Shown: in pieces, positions 55,415 through 64,000 of the stretch
Layout of the letters: every line of letters starts with the position of its first letter
Numbering within the stretch: position 1 is the stretch's first letter
Assembly (NCBI GenBank): GCA_021807085.1
Contig: JAKAPM010000003.1
Coordinates: 2,014-66,013 of the forward strand
Direction of reading: 5' to 3'
DNA length: 64,000 nucleotides
Source: Nanobdellota archaeon
GTDB lineage: Archaea > Nanobdellota > Nanobdellia > Parvarchaeales > Parvarchaeaceae
Program-made: the position numbers and the translations under genes
Notes under the pieces: model-generated
What the model was told of the DNA's origin: nothing
The model's input: only the letters and a program-made list of their open reading frames with translations
The model's database searches: none

Positions 55415-56731
55415 TCAAGCTCTGCCGGATATCTTCACGTTTTCTATCAGCAACGACGGGCTCGTTATCCCGTACATGCTGCGCTTGTCGCTTCCTATGT
55501 CCGTCACATTCCTCATCATGTCCAGCACGTTCGCGCCTATCATGGTCTCCTTCACTGGGTATAGTATCTTTCCGTTCTCCACATAATACCCCACACTGAC
55601 CATCGCCGAAAGATCGCCAGTGGCTTCGTTGGGCTCGTCTCCAGTCTCTATCATATAGATTCCTCTTTTGATTTTTGCAAGCATGTCGCCGAACCTGTAT
55701 CTGCCGGGCCTGAGCGCAAGGTTCACGGTAGAGATGCCACCTCTCGTGAGCGAGAAATCGTTTCCGGTCGGACGGCTGCGCATTTTCTCCGCGCTGTACA
55801 TGCTGTGGAGGAATCCTTTTAGCACGCCGTATCTTACGATGTCTTTGGATGTGGTTGGCACAAACTCGTCGTCGAAGCTTCTGTTGTACAGACTGCCGGC
55901 AACCTCCGCCTTTTCGCTCAAGCATACACCTTTCGCTGCAACACCCTTGTTTTTCATGTTCCCTAGGAAGCTTTTCTTCTTGTATACATCCTCGCCGTCA
56001 AGAGCTGAGACGAACGAACCCAGGAACGATATGGCTGCACGCGAGTCTAGCAAAAGCTGCCCGTTGCATGTAGGAGCTGCTTTGGCTCCGAGCATAGATT
56101 TTGCTATCCCGAACGCGCTACTCAAGTTATCAGATACATCTATATCATCGAGATTACGCGACTCAGAATATTCCGAACCCGTACCTTGGTTCGAACCGTC
56201 TTTGGATATTACCTCGGTCGCTAGCATAGATATCTCCGCCTTCATATCCCCGCCGATGCCGAAACTGTTCGCTCCAGACATCACAACGCTTACCTTTGAA
56301 GCCACGCTATTCAGCGAATAGAGCGTCTTGCTGTTTTTTACTCTATTAACCCCCCCTATCAGTCTTTCAACGAAATCTGTGCTTTTTCCACCCCCGATTC
56401 TCGTTCTGGTAGCGGCTGCAGGTCTCCCCCCATAGAACCGGCGTTGAAAATCGTCCGACCCGGTGTTTTTGGCGAGCTTGTACGCGTAATTTATCAGGCC
56501 GTCTATATCGGATTCCCTGTCCACGTTCCCGCTGACTATGGAGCCCCTGCCCTTGTATATGCACCTTACTATTGCGCCTTCCGACTCATCCAGTTCCGAG
56601 CCCCTGAACCTCTTGTTCTCGATTTTGAAATTCTCCGTACTGTTCTTGAGCACGGCCACTTCTATCTGTGCATCCAGGTCGAGTCTCGCTATCCTCCCCC
56701 CTATCGAATCACTGTCCACCAACAACCACAC
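55415..56731 (-). CDS. pmbA: PmbA/TldE-family metalloprotease component
   Basis: 438 aa TldD/PmbA-fold paralog without the HExxxH motif, directly downstream of tldD with a 23-nt overlap. Confidence 0.8.
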   Translation of the reverse strand: MWLLVDSDSIGGRIARLDLDAQIEVAVLKNSTENFKIENKRFRGSELDESEGAIVRCIYKGRGSIVSGNVDRESDIDGLINYAYKLAKNTGSDDFQRRFYGGRPAAATRTRIGGGKSTDFVERLIGGVNRVKNSKTLYSLNSVASKVSVVMSGANSFGIGGDMKAEISMLATEVISKDGSNQGTGSEYSESRNLDDIDVSDNLSSAFGIAKSMLGAKAAPTCNGQLLLDSRAAISFLGSFVSALDGEDVYKKKSFLGNMKNKGVAAKGVCLSEKAEVAGSLYNRSFDDEFVPTTSKDIVRYGVLKGFLHSMYSAEKMRSRPTGNDFSLTRGGISTVNLALRPGRYRFGDMLAKIKRGIYMIETGDEPNEATGDLSAMVSVGYYVENGKILYPVKETMIGANVLDMMRNVTDIGSDKRSMYGITSPSLLIENVKISGRA

Positions 56732-58076
56732 CTCTAATTCTTATCTCCGGTCCGCCGCTGGTCACGGGAACCCACTGGCCTAGTTTCCCGCACATTCCGT
56801 CATCGAATTCCACCCTCCTACCTATCGCGTCTATTTTGTTGAGCACGTCAAGCGTGCTGCCAGCAAGTGCCGCGTCCCTTACGTACTCTCCGAGCTTCCC
56901 GTTTTTTATCATCCTGCCATACTGTGATTTGAACATGAATTTTCCGCTCCCGGGGTCAGTATATCCGTATTGGAAGCCGTAGAACGCCACTCCTTTTTTT
57001 ATGCCTTCAAATATATCGTCTGAAAATTCCCCGGCGGATATGAAAGTGTTCGACATCCTCGGTATCGGATTCGATGAATGGTTCATCGCTCTAGCAGCTC
57101 CGTTCGGCTTCGAGCCCATTACACCTGCGGTCTCGTTGGAGTGGAGGTAGCTCTTAAGGACGCCCCTATCTACCAGCACCCTCCTAGCAGCCTTCGTACC
57201 CTCTTGGTCGAAAAGGTATGAACCCCTCGCATTTTTTATGGTAGGGTCGTCCACTATCGACACTATCTCCGGCCCGACTCTTTTTTCAAGCCTATTCTCC
57301 AGTATCGACGACCTGTTCATGACGGCATCCGCTTCGGTAGCGTGACCGAACGCCTCATGTGTGTATACACCCGTCATGGAATGGTCGAGTACGGTATCGT
57401 ATCTGCCGCCAATCACCGGCTTCGCGCCACGCAATTTCAGGGCTGTACCCGCCGTTTCCCCCGCCATCTTAAGCAGCTCGTTGCGGTCCATAAGCTCGAA
57501 GCCGCCGTTTCCCCCTCTAGATTTGGTGACATTCTGCATCGAATTTCCGTCCTTTACGAAGACAGACACAATCAGGCGCGGATACGAATTGTAGAAAGAC
57601 AGTCTGCCGCCGTAACTGTTGCTTATTATCCATCGATCGGTCTGGTCCCCGTATGCGACGGAGACCAGCTCCACTCCTTTAAGCCTGGCCGCTTCCTCTG
57701 TGTCCTTTGCCAGTTCCATTTTCTCCGATGGTTCGATGTACCGCGCGTCTTTTTTCCATATAGGGCTGATTTCCGCGTCCTTTACGCGTTGGACGGGCTT
57801 AACGGCACCCTTCCCCTTGGTTTTTATGGAGCCGTACGCCCTCTCTACAGCCTTTTTGACAGCCTTCTTGGATAGTATTGTGTCTGAAGCGAGCGCCGAG
57901 AGACCGTTGTGGTATACCCTTATCCCGAACCCGTGGGAGTCGGTCTCGGTTATGTACCTATTCTTCCCTTTTTCCCTCAGAATCGAAGTAGATTCCCTTT
58001 CGAGCAGTTTTATCTCCCCGAAATCTCCCTTCTTTATCAGCTTGTTGAAATCTTCGATGATTGTTTCGTCGAGCAT
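56709..58076 (-). CDS. tldD: TldD-family zinc metalloprotease
   Basis: 455 aa. HEAFGHATEAD (HExxxH zinc site) and a GxC motif (DGMCGK) typical of TldD. Confidence 0.85.
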   Translation of the reverse strand: MLDETIIEDFNKLIKKGDFGEIKLLERESTSILREKGKNRYITETDSHGFGIRVYHNGLSALASDTILSKKAVKKAVERAYGSIKTKGKGAVKPVQRVKDAEISPIWKKDARYIEPSEKMELAKDTEEAARLKGVELVSVAYGDQTDRWIISNSYGGRLSFYNSYPRLIVSVFVKDGNSMQNVTKSRGGNGGFELMDRNELLKMAGETAGTALKLRGAKPVIGGRYDTVLDHSMTGVYTHEAFGHATEADAVMNRSSILENRLEKRVGPEIVSIVDDPTIKNARGSYLFDQEGTKAARRVLVDRGVLKSYLHSNETAGVMGSKPNGAARAMNHSSNPIPRMSNTFISAGEFSDDIFEGIKKGVAFYGFQYGYTDPGSGKFMFKSQYGRMIKNGKLGEYVRDAALAGSTLDVLNKIDAIGRRVEFDDGMCGKLGQWVPVTSGGPEIRIRGVVVGGQ

Positions 58077-58203
58077 TTTATTATAACTATCTTTAGATTT
58101 TTATAGTGTGCGCAGACTAGTTACCTTTCAAAGGTAAATAAACACTTCATCGCGTTCTAGCCGGCTTTCATAAATATTTAAAAAGGCATAGATTAACTCT
58201 ACT

Positions 58204-59424
58204 ATGTTCGATGCTACGACACTGGAATTGCTGATGATGGGCATAGCCGGTGTGCTGATAATAGGTTTTTTGGGCAGAGCTCTGGCCAGAAAGACATCCG
58301 TCTCGCATATAATATGGCTGATGGCGTTCGGCATTCTTATGGGTCCGATACTCGGGCTGGTCGACCGCTCTCTTTTGTCCAACTACCTGCAGCTCGTCAT
58401 TGAATTCGTCATACTAATCGTCCTTTTCAACGCTGGTTTGAACATAAGGCTGCGGAAGCTGGTCCGCAACGCATCGAGGGGGTTGTTGCTGTCGCTTGTT
58501 ACGTTCACGCTTACATTTCTCGCGGTATCCATGACAATGTACTTCCTGTTCTACCAGATAATCCCTTCAGTACTTATGGGTCTGATAGTCGGCGGCATAA
58601 GCCTGTCTTCGGTAAAGAAGAAGGGGCTCGTAATAGACAAAGTCAGCCCTATACTAGAGCAAGAGTCCACTATAGAAGAACCCATGACAATAATACTGGT
58701 GCTTATACTGATAAGCGCAGTATTGATAAGCGGTCCGTCGCTCACGCTGGAATACGTGTCCGGCCAGATAATCTCCGAATTTTCTATAGGTATAGTCCTG
58801 GGCGCCGCAGTCGGCATGGCTTGGGTTCCTATAATGAGCCACTTGCAGAGAAAGAAGTACGAATACTCTTACGTAGCGTCTCTCGCGATAGTCTTCCTGC
58901 TCTACATAATAGTCCAAGTGCTTAGTGGCAGCGGACCCGTATCTTCACTAGTCTTCGGTATAGTCATAGCGAACGGCGAGGCAATATTCCGCTCGCTCAA
59001 ATACAAGCACAGCACTTCCTTCACTTTCACCAAAGAGTCGAAGAACTTCAACGATCTTGTAACCTTCCTGACAACTTCGTTCTTTTTCGTATATTTCGGC
59101 GGCCTGGTAGACATAAAGAACTATACCGCTTTCGTGATAGGCATAGTCATAGCCCTGGTGATACTCCTCGCTAGGCAGGCTGGCGTAAGAGCCGCGCTCG
59201 TAAAATCCGACTACCAGCCGAAGGACAAGGCCGTTGTAGCCTCCATGATGTCCAGGGGCATAGGCGCGGCGGTCGTAGCCGCGCTGCCGATAAGCTACGC
59301 AATAAACGGTACCTCTTATTTCATAGACGTGGTGGTCTCCGTGATATTCTTTACGATAGCGTTCAACAGTGTGCTTCTCCACATCTCACTGCGTGACAAG
59401 GGGGAGACAAAAAATGGCAGTTGA
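58204..59424 (+). CDS. Na+/H+ (cation:proton) antiporter, CPA1/NhaP-type
   Basis: 406 aa, about 12 TM helices. Conserved LFNAGLNIRLRKL (the FxxGL...R segment of CPA1) and an N-terminal GPxxGL motif (ILMGPILGLV). Confidence 0.7.
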   Translation: MFDATTLELLMMGIAGVLIIGFLGRALARKTSVSHIIWLMAFGILMGPILGLVDRSLLSNYLQLVIEFVILIVLFNAGLNIRLRKLVRNASRGLLLSLVTFTLTFLAVSMTMYFLFYQIIPSVLMGLIVGGISLSSVKKKGLVIDKVSPILEQESTIEEPMTIILVLILISAVLISGPSLTLEYVSGQIISEFSIGIVLGAAVGMAWVPIMSHLQRKKYEYSYVASLAIVFLLYIIVQVLSGSGPVSSLVFGIVIANGEAIFRSLKYKHSTSFTFTKESKNFNDLVTFLTTSFFFVYFGGLVDIKNYTAFVIGIVIALVILLARQAGVRAALVKSDYQPKDKAVVASMMSRGIGAAVVAALPISYAINGTSYFIDVVVSVIFFTIAFNSVLLHISLRDKGETKNGS

Positions 59425-60703
59425 TCCCACTTCCTTTGTGCTTGTTATAGCGGCTCTGATAATACTCTTAGGGTTCATAGGGGAAGAGATATTCAAAAAG
59501 GCCCACGTCCCTTCCTTTCTTTTCCTTGTTCTGGCGGGGTTTCTTATGGGCCCGGTATTCGGGCTCATAAACGAGAGCCTGCTTATGCCCGTGCTGGGCA
59601 TATTCGCGGAACTTACTCTTATAATGGTCCTTTTCCACGGTGGGATAGACCTCAAATTGAACCTAGTTCTAAAGGAAGGGTGGAGAGTTTTCCTCCAGGT
59701 GTTTCTCTATATACTGATAAGCGTACTATTCATAGTCCTATTCTCGACCTTTGTCCTGCACATGCCGATAGTGCTGTCGCTTATACTCGGTTCTATAATC
59801 GGCGGTGAGACCACTGCAGTGGTCATCATACCGCTCTCGAGGGAGCTGAGATTGAAGGAGAGTAGTGTAACCTTCCTGACGCTGGAGTCTGCACTCAATT
59901 CAATAATCCTCGTTATACTATTCCTTTCGTTCGTGGGCCTGTACCAGGGGGGAGGTACAGTAATCTCTGCAGCCGGGCACGGTATACACATAACCGAGCT
60001 TTACTCTACTGCCACATCGTTGACGTCTTCCTTCTCCATAGGTGCGGTTGTAGGGCTCGTTTTATCCGTGCTCTGGCTGTACCTATTGGATTACCTCAAA
60101 AAACAGAGTTATACCTATGTCCTTACGCTGGGTCTGCTTTTCCTCACCTTTTCGCTGACTAATTACGCGGGCGGAAGCGGTTTCCTGGCTGTTATAATCT
60201 TCGGTATAATACTCGGTAATCACACATTTATAAGCAGTATCCTCAGGAGAAGAGTCAGGATAGCAAACTTGGAGAAGCAACTCTTCCATTTACAGGGAGA
60301 GATAACCTTCCTACTGAAAACCTTTTTCTTCGTCTTTTTGGGGCTTGTGCTCAGCCTGTCTCTCTCAACTCTGATATACGGCCTGGTTGTTGGCGGATCG
60401 TTCCTTCTGATACTTATGGTGTCAAGGTACCTCGCCTTATCTGTGTCGACGTTTAAATCAGAGATGAGGAAGGACATAGTTGCAATATTCATATCATTGG
60501 CGCAGGGAGTGACGCCCGCGACTCTTGCGATACTCGCCGTCAGCTACAACATAATGGACGCGAATACCTTCTTGACAATAACAGCTTATGTAATAATACT
60601 TACAAACATTGTTACGACAATAGGTACGTTTGCCATACTAAGAAAAAATAAGGGCGGGCCCAGCGTTCCATCGGCTGCCGGTAAAGCTGTAAAAAGCGCG
60701 TAA
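59414..60703 (+). CDS. Na+/H+ antiporter, CPA1/NhaP-type (tandem paralog)
   Basis: About 429 aa from MAVDPTSF. The ORF track start at 59369 is likely an in-frame extension. GGGGAG Shine-Dalgarno-like sequence 8 nt upstream of the ATG at 59414. Paralogous N-terminus FLMGPVFGLI and LFHGGIDLKL. Confidence 0.7.
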   Translation: MAVDPTSFVLVIAALIILLGFIGEEIFKKAHVPSFLFLVLAGFLMGPVFGLINESLLMPVLGIFAELTLIMVLFHGGIDLKLNLVLKEGWRVFLQVFLYILISVLFIVLFSTFVLHMPIVLSLILGSIIGGETTAVVIIPLSRELRLKESSVTFLTLESALNSIILVILFLSFVGLYQGGGTVISAAGHGIHITELYSTATSLTSSFSIGAVVGLVLSVLWLYLLDYLKKQSYTYVLTLGLLFLTFSLTNYAGGSGFLAVIIFGIILGNHTFISSILRRRVRIANLEKQLFHLQGEITFLLKTFFFVFLGLVLSLSLSTLIYGLVVGGSFLLILMVSRYLALSVSTFKSEMRKDIVAIFISLAQGVTPATLAILAVSYNIMDANTFLTITAYVIILTNIVTTIGTFAILRKNKGGPSVPSAAGKAVKSA

Positions 60704-60799
60704 GGCGCTTCCTCGAGACAAAATTTTACCGGCCTTGTTTTATGGCTCTTCGAGTCGTAGAGTAGAACACTTTAATAAAGCGGTTGTTTTCAGTAAACT

Positions 60800-62212
60800 A
60801 TGGAGTGCCGTACAGAGCACGATTACCTTGGCGCTGTTAAGGTCCCGAAAAATGCTTACTGGGGCGCGCAGACGCAGAGGGCGTACGATAATTTTCCGAT
60901 TTCCAGGATACGACCAATCCAGGAGTACACCAACGCGATAGTGCTGATAAAGAAGGCCGCAGCCGAAGCGAATTCCAAAATAGGGCTTTTGGACAAGAAA
61001 ATAGCGGGTGCAATCATAAAGGCTTCCGACGAAATCCTAGCGGGAAAGCTATCGAATCAGTTCATAGTCGACATATACCAGGCCGGCGAGGGTACTTCAA
61101 ACAACATGAACGTGAACGAAGTCATCGCAAACAGGGCGATAGAGCTGCTCGGCGGCAAGAAGGGAGATTACTCCATCGTGCACCCCAACGACCACGTTAA
61201 CATGGGGCAGTCGTCAAACGATGTTATTCCTAGCGCGATAAAGATAGCGGCTCTGATGATGGCTCCGAAGCTTCTAAAATCCCTGTCGTTACTGTCGAAG
61301 GAACTCTCCAGCAAGGCCAAGAAGTACGATTCTGTTATAAAGAGCGGACGCACTCACATGATGGACGCGGCTCCAATACGCCTTGGCCAGGAGTTTGGGG
61401 CGTGGGCCGATCTTGTTAGCGAGTCGATGGGCAGGATAAAATCCGCTGCTAACGGACTACTAGAACTGAATCTGGGCGCAACGGCCGTCGGCACCGGTGT
61501 AAATGCCGATCCGCGTTATGTTGTTGAGTCCGTGTCGGCACTCAGGAGCTACACAGGGCTCAGACTGAGAAGAGCGAAGGACCTACCAGAGGTGACAGAG
61601 TCCCCGTCCGACCTGATGGCGCTCTCCAGCGCACTCAGAATATTCGCCGCCGACATGACTAAAATATCGAACGACGTGCGTCTGATGAATTCCGGCCCCA
61701 TCACAGGGCTGGCGGAAATAATCCTGCCAGCCGTGCAGCCTGGGTCGTCTATAATGCCCGGCAAGGTCAACCCTAGCGTCGCGGAAATGATGAACATGGT
61801 CTGCTTCAGGGTGATAGGGGACGACGAGACAATAACTCTGGCAACGCAGGCGGGGCAGTTCGAGTTGAATGTCATGGAACCGCTTATAGCCTACTGTCTT
61901 CTGCACGACATCGAGATACTCACCAACGCCGTGGATGTTTTCACAAGAGCAGCGGTGAAAGGGATGAAAGTGAACAGTAGCAGGATAGAGGATTTGGCAA
62001 TGAAGAGCCCAGGTATGGCCCTGCTTCTGAATCCGTACATAGGTTATGAGAAAGCAGCGATGCTGGAGGAGAAGGCTGTGGCGGAGAAAAGGACCATCAA
62101 AGACGTGGCTGGAGAGAGCGGTCTCCTGGATAAAAAGACTCTATCGAAAATTTTCAATCCTTACAGCCTCACAACTCCAAAAAAGCTTGGAAAAAGAAAG
62201 AAAAGGGCGTAA
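60800..62212 (+). CDS. fumC: Class II fumarate hydratase/aspartase-family lyase (FumC-like)
   Basis: 470 aa. Fumarate-lyase signature GSSIMPGKVNPSVAEM and an N-terminal EGTSNNMNVNEVIANRA region. Fumarase versus aspartase cannot be settled by eye; the surrounding TCA genes favour fumarase. Confidence 0.75.
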   Translation: MECRTEHDYLGAVKVPKNAYWGAQTQRAYDNFPISRIRPIQEYTNAIVLIKKAAAEANSKIGLLDKKIAGAIIKASDEILAGKLSNQFIVDIYQAGEGTSNNMNVNEVIANRAIELLGGKKGDYSIVHPNDHVNMGQSSNDVIPSAIKIAALMMAPKLLKSLSLLSKELSSKAKKYDSVIKSGRTHMMDAAPIRLGQEFGAWADLVSESMGRIKSAANGLLELNLGATAVGTGVNADPRYVVESVSALRSYTGLRLRRAKDLPEVTESPSDLMALSSALRIFAADMTKISNDVRLMNSGPITGLAEIILPAVQPGSSIMPGKVNPSVAEMMNMVCFRVIGDDETITLATQAGQFELNVMEPLIAYCLLHDIEILTNAVDVFTRAAVKGMKVNSSRIEDLAMKSPGMALLLNPYIGYEKAAMLEEKAVAEKRTIKDVAGESGLLDKKTLSKIFNPYSLTTPKKLGKRKKRA

Positions 62213-62290
62213 ATCCGTTTTTCCGGATAAGGCGGCTGTACAGAATCCCCACGAAGTAAGGCTTAAATTTTATAACATAGTTATAGGCAC

Positions 62291-64000
62291 ATGGACGCCG
62301 AATTCTCCCCCGCAATAACCACATCCTTTGACTTGAACGGGAAAACGATAAAATATTTCTCCATTCCCGAACTCGGCAAGCGCCTTGGCAAGGACCTGTC
62401 AGTATTGCCTTTTTCTATAAGGGTCGTGCTCGAGTCGCTGCTCAGGAACCTGGACGGGAGGGAGATTACGGAGGAGGACGTCGCGTCACTTGCAGGTTGG
62501 AATGCCAGAAACCCGGTAGACAGAGACATTCCTTTCAAAGTCGCCAGGATACTAATGCAAGATTTTACCGGAGTGCCAGCGGTAGTAGACCTAGCCGCGA
62601 TGAGAGATATTATTGTGAAGGCGGGAAAATCACCCGAACTTATACAGCCGATAATACCAACCGACCTAATAATCGACCATTCGGTGCAGGTGGATTTCTT
62701 CGACGTTCCAGACGCACTGGCTAAAAACCAAGAGATAGAGATAAAAAGAAACAGCGAAAGATACAAGTTGCTAAAATGGGCAGCCGGCGCTTTCAACGGT
62801 TTCAGAGTTTTCCCCCCCTCCGCAGGCATATGTCACCAAGTCAACCTAGAGTATCTTGCGACCTGCGTTGCGTCCAAAAAGCAGGGCGACAGCATCGTGG
62901 CGTTCCCAGACACGCTGGTCGGTACGGATTCCCATACAACCATGGTGGATTCCCTCGGCGTAGTCGGGTTCGGCGTCGGGGGCATAGAGGCCGAAGCGGC
63001 TCTGCTCAACCAACCAGTCTCCTTCGCAACGCCAAAGGTGCTAGGCGTGCACCTAACCGGCAGGCTCAGGGAAGGGGCAACGGCAACTGATTTTGCGCTG
63101 ACTCTCACCAGACTGCTGAGGGAGAAAGGCGTGGTAGGGATGTTCGTCGAGTTTTACGGCGAAGGACTGGGGGGGCTCTCGCTACCGGACCGTGCTACGC
63201 TGTCCAACATGTGCCCAGAGTACGGCGCCACGATAGCTATATTTCCCCCCGATGAGGAAACCCTCCGTTACCTTAAGATGACGGGGAGAAGTCACGAGCA
63301 GATAGAACTGATAAGGAAATACTACAACGCACAGGAAATGTTCGGTATAGACCACGGCAAAGTCATATACAGCGACGTGCTCGATGTCGACTTATCATCG
63401 ATAGGCCCTAGTGTGTCCGGACCGAGCCAGCCCAAGCAGCAAGTACCTCTGGAGAAGATAAGCGATAATTTCAAAAGCGCTTTCCTTGTTGCAAAGATAA
63501 CGGATGGCGGCCACAAGATAAACTCCAAGGATTACACCAGGTGGGCTGGCGAGAGCATGACGCCCGAGAACGGCGGTATAAAGGAGGCGCCCACCCACAG
63601 TGGCGTGAAAACCGTGAAAATAACCTATCCAGACGGTTATGTGACAACCCTATCCGACGGAGACGTCGTCATATCATCTATAACAAGCTGCACCAATACC
63701 AGCAACCCTTCTGTGATGGTGGCTGCAGGGTTGCTTGCGAAGAAAGCTGTAGAGAAAGGCCTAAAAGTTGACACCAGAAGAGTCAAGACCAGTTTCGGGC
63801 CCGGTTCTAGGGTCGTGATGCGCTATCTGGAGAAAGGCGGACTGGTGGAGCCCCTCGCCAAACTCGGATATTCTCTGGTGGCGTTCGGATGCATAACGTG
63901 CATAGGCAACTCTGGCCCGTTAATAGAGCCGCAGAGCCGGACTATCAACGAAAACAACCTTGCGGTAGCGAGTGTACTCTCTGGAAACAGAAACTACGAA
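62291..64000 (+). CDS. acnA: Aconitate hydratase (aconitase A family), 5' part; continues beyond the window
   Basis: Open frame from the ATG at 62291 to the window end, about 570 aa so far. Aconitase family motifs (QDFTGVPAVVDLAAMRD, GTDSHTTM, SCTNTSNPS, GCITCIGNSGP). Absent from the ORF track because no stop lies within the window. Confidence 0.85.
   Translation, partial: MDAEFSPAITTSFDLNGKTIKYFSIPELGKRLGKDLSVLPFSIRVVLESLLRNLDGREITEEDVASLAGWNARNPVDRDIPFKVARILMQDFTGVPAVVDLAAMRDIIVKAGKSPELIQPIIPTDLIIDHSVQVDFFDVPDALAKNQEIEIKRNSERYKLLKWAAGAFNGFRVFPPSAGICHQVNLEYLATCVASKKQGDSIVAFPDTLVGTDSHTTMVDSLGVVGFGVGGIEAEAALLNQPVSFATPKVLGVHLTGRLREGATATDFALTLTRLLREKGVVGMFVEFYGEGLGGLSLPDRATLSNMCPEYGATIAIFPPDEETLRYLKMTGRSHEQIELIRKYYNAQEMFGIDHGKVIYSDVLDVDLSSIGPSVSGPSQPKQQVPLEKISDNFKSAFLVAKITDGGHKINSKDYTRWAGESMTPENGGIKEAPTHSGVKTVKITYPDGYVTTLSDGDVVISSITSCTNTSNPSVMVAAGLLAKKAVEKGLKVDTRRVKTSFGPGSRVVMRYLEKGGLVEPLAKLGYSLVAFGCITCIGNSGPLIEPQSRTINENNLAVASVLSGNRNYE

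Noticed and set aside
1-64000. CRISPR arrays, rRNA genes and IS elements
   Set aside because: I saw no regularly spaced direct repeats, no rRNA-like conserved blocks, and no transposase-like ORF in either the track or my own reading. The only homing-type mobile element found is the korB intein.

Overview
Dense archaeal chromosomal window, about 70 genes and no rRNA, tRNA or CRISPR found. Archaeal origin is supported by RadA, Hjc, PriS, the L1-P0-P1 cluster, the rpl37ae-rpoP-pcc1-pfdB cluster, the rpl44e-rps27e cluster, Sec61-beta, leaderless-type TATA/BRE promoters and class III (prepilin) signal peptides. Several traits point to an acidophilic, possibly DPANN/ARMAN-like or Thermoplasmata-like lineage: S53 sedolisin-type protease, heavily N-glycosylated surface proteins, and a PriS fused to a PriL-CTD-like Fe-S domain. 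This lineage call is inference only.

Main blocks, start to end:
- A minus-strand DNA-metabolism operon (RAM-domain protein, radA, mrp/apbC, phosphohexomutase, rpa) headed by a divergent Cas4-like nuclease.
- PAP2 phosphatase, then a partial complex I operon nuoABCDHI with no nuoJ-N following.
- Surface glycoprotein plus membrane protein.
- A UDP-sugar module: a PMM/PGM-family mutase followed by an unusual fusion of a GlmU-like nucleotidyltransferase with a eukaryote-type GNA1 GNAT acetyltransferase.
- A Cys-containing HTH regulator, then sufCBD and a HAD hydrolase.
- The fused primase, L1-P0-P1, surE, and a glycolytic block (tpiA, ROK kinase, class I FBA, PfkB kinase).
- pfdB-pcc1-rpoP-rpl37ae.
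- A membrane-tethered wHTH protein in an operon with an Hjc resolvase whose catalytic Glu is replaced by Gln.
- Sec61-beta, nitroreductase, rps27e-rpl44e, and a membrane-anchored S53 peptidase.
- A type IV pilus locus: a long FlaI/TadA-like ATPase, a FlaJ/TadC-like platform, and two class III signal-peptide pilins, one carrying a LamG/ConA-like domain.
- Agmatinase and an ATP-dependent DNA ligase.
- A TCA-cycle supercluster: sdhDCBA, citrate synthase, korBA, sucCD nearby, fumC, and the start of acnA. korB carries a full-size LAGLIDADG intein inserted in the N-terminal WCPG/CG motif.
- Thioredoxin, a HemK-like methyltransferase, a NUDIX gene frameshifted in a C7/G7 homopolymer, the tldD/pmbA pair, and two tandem NhaP-type antiporters.

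Most interesting:
- The korB intein.
- The GNA1-nucleotidyltransferase fusion with its adjacent mutase, a possible hybrid eukaryote-like UDP-GlcNAc route.
- The pilus locus with an adhesin-like pilin.
- The fused primase.
- The Cys-rich HTH regulator upstream of suf.
- The membrane wHTH-Hjc operon.
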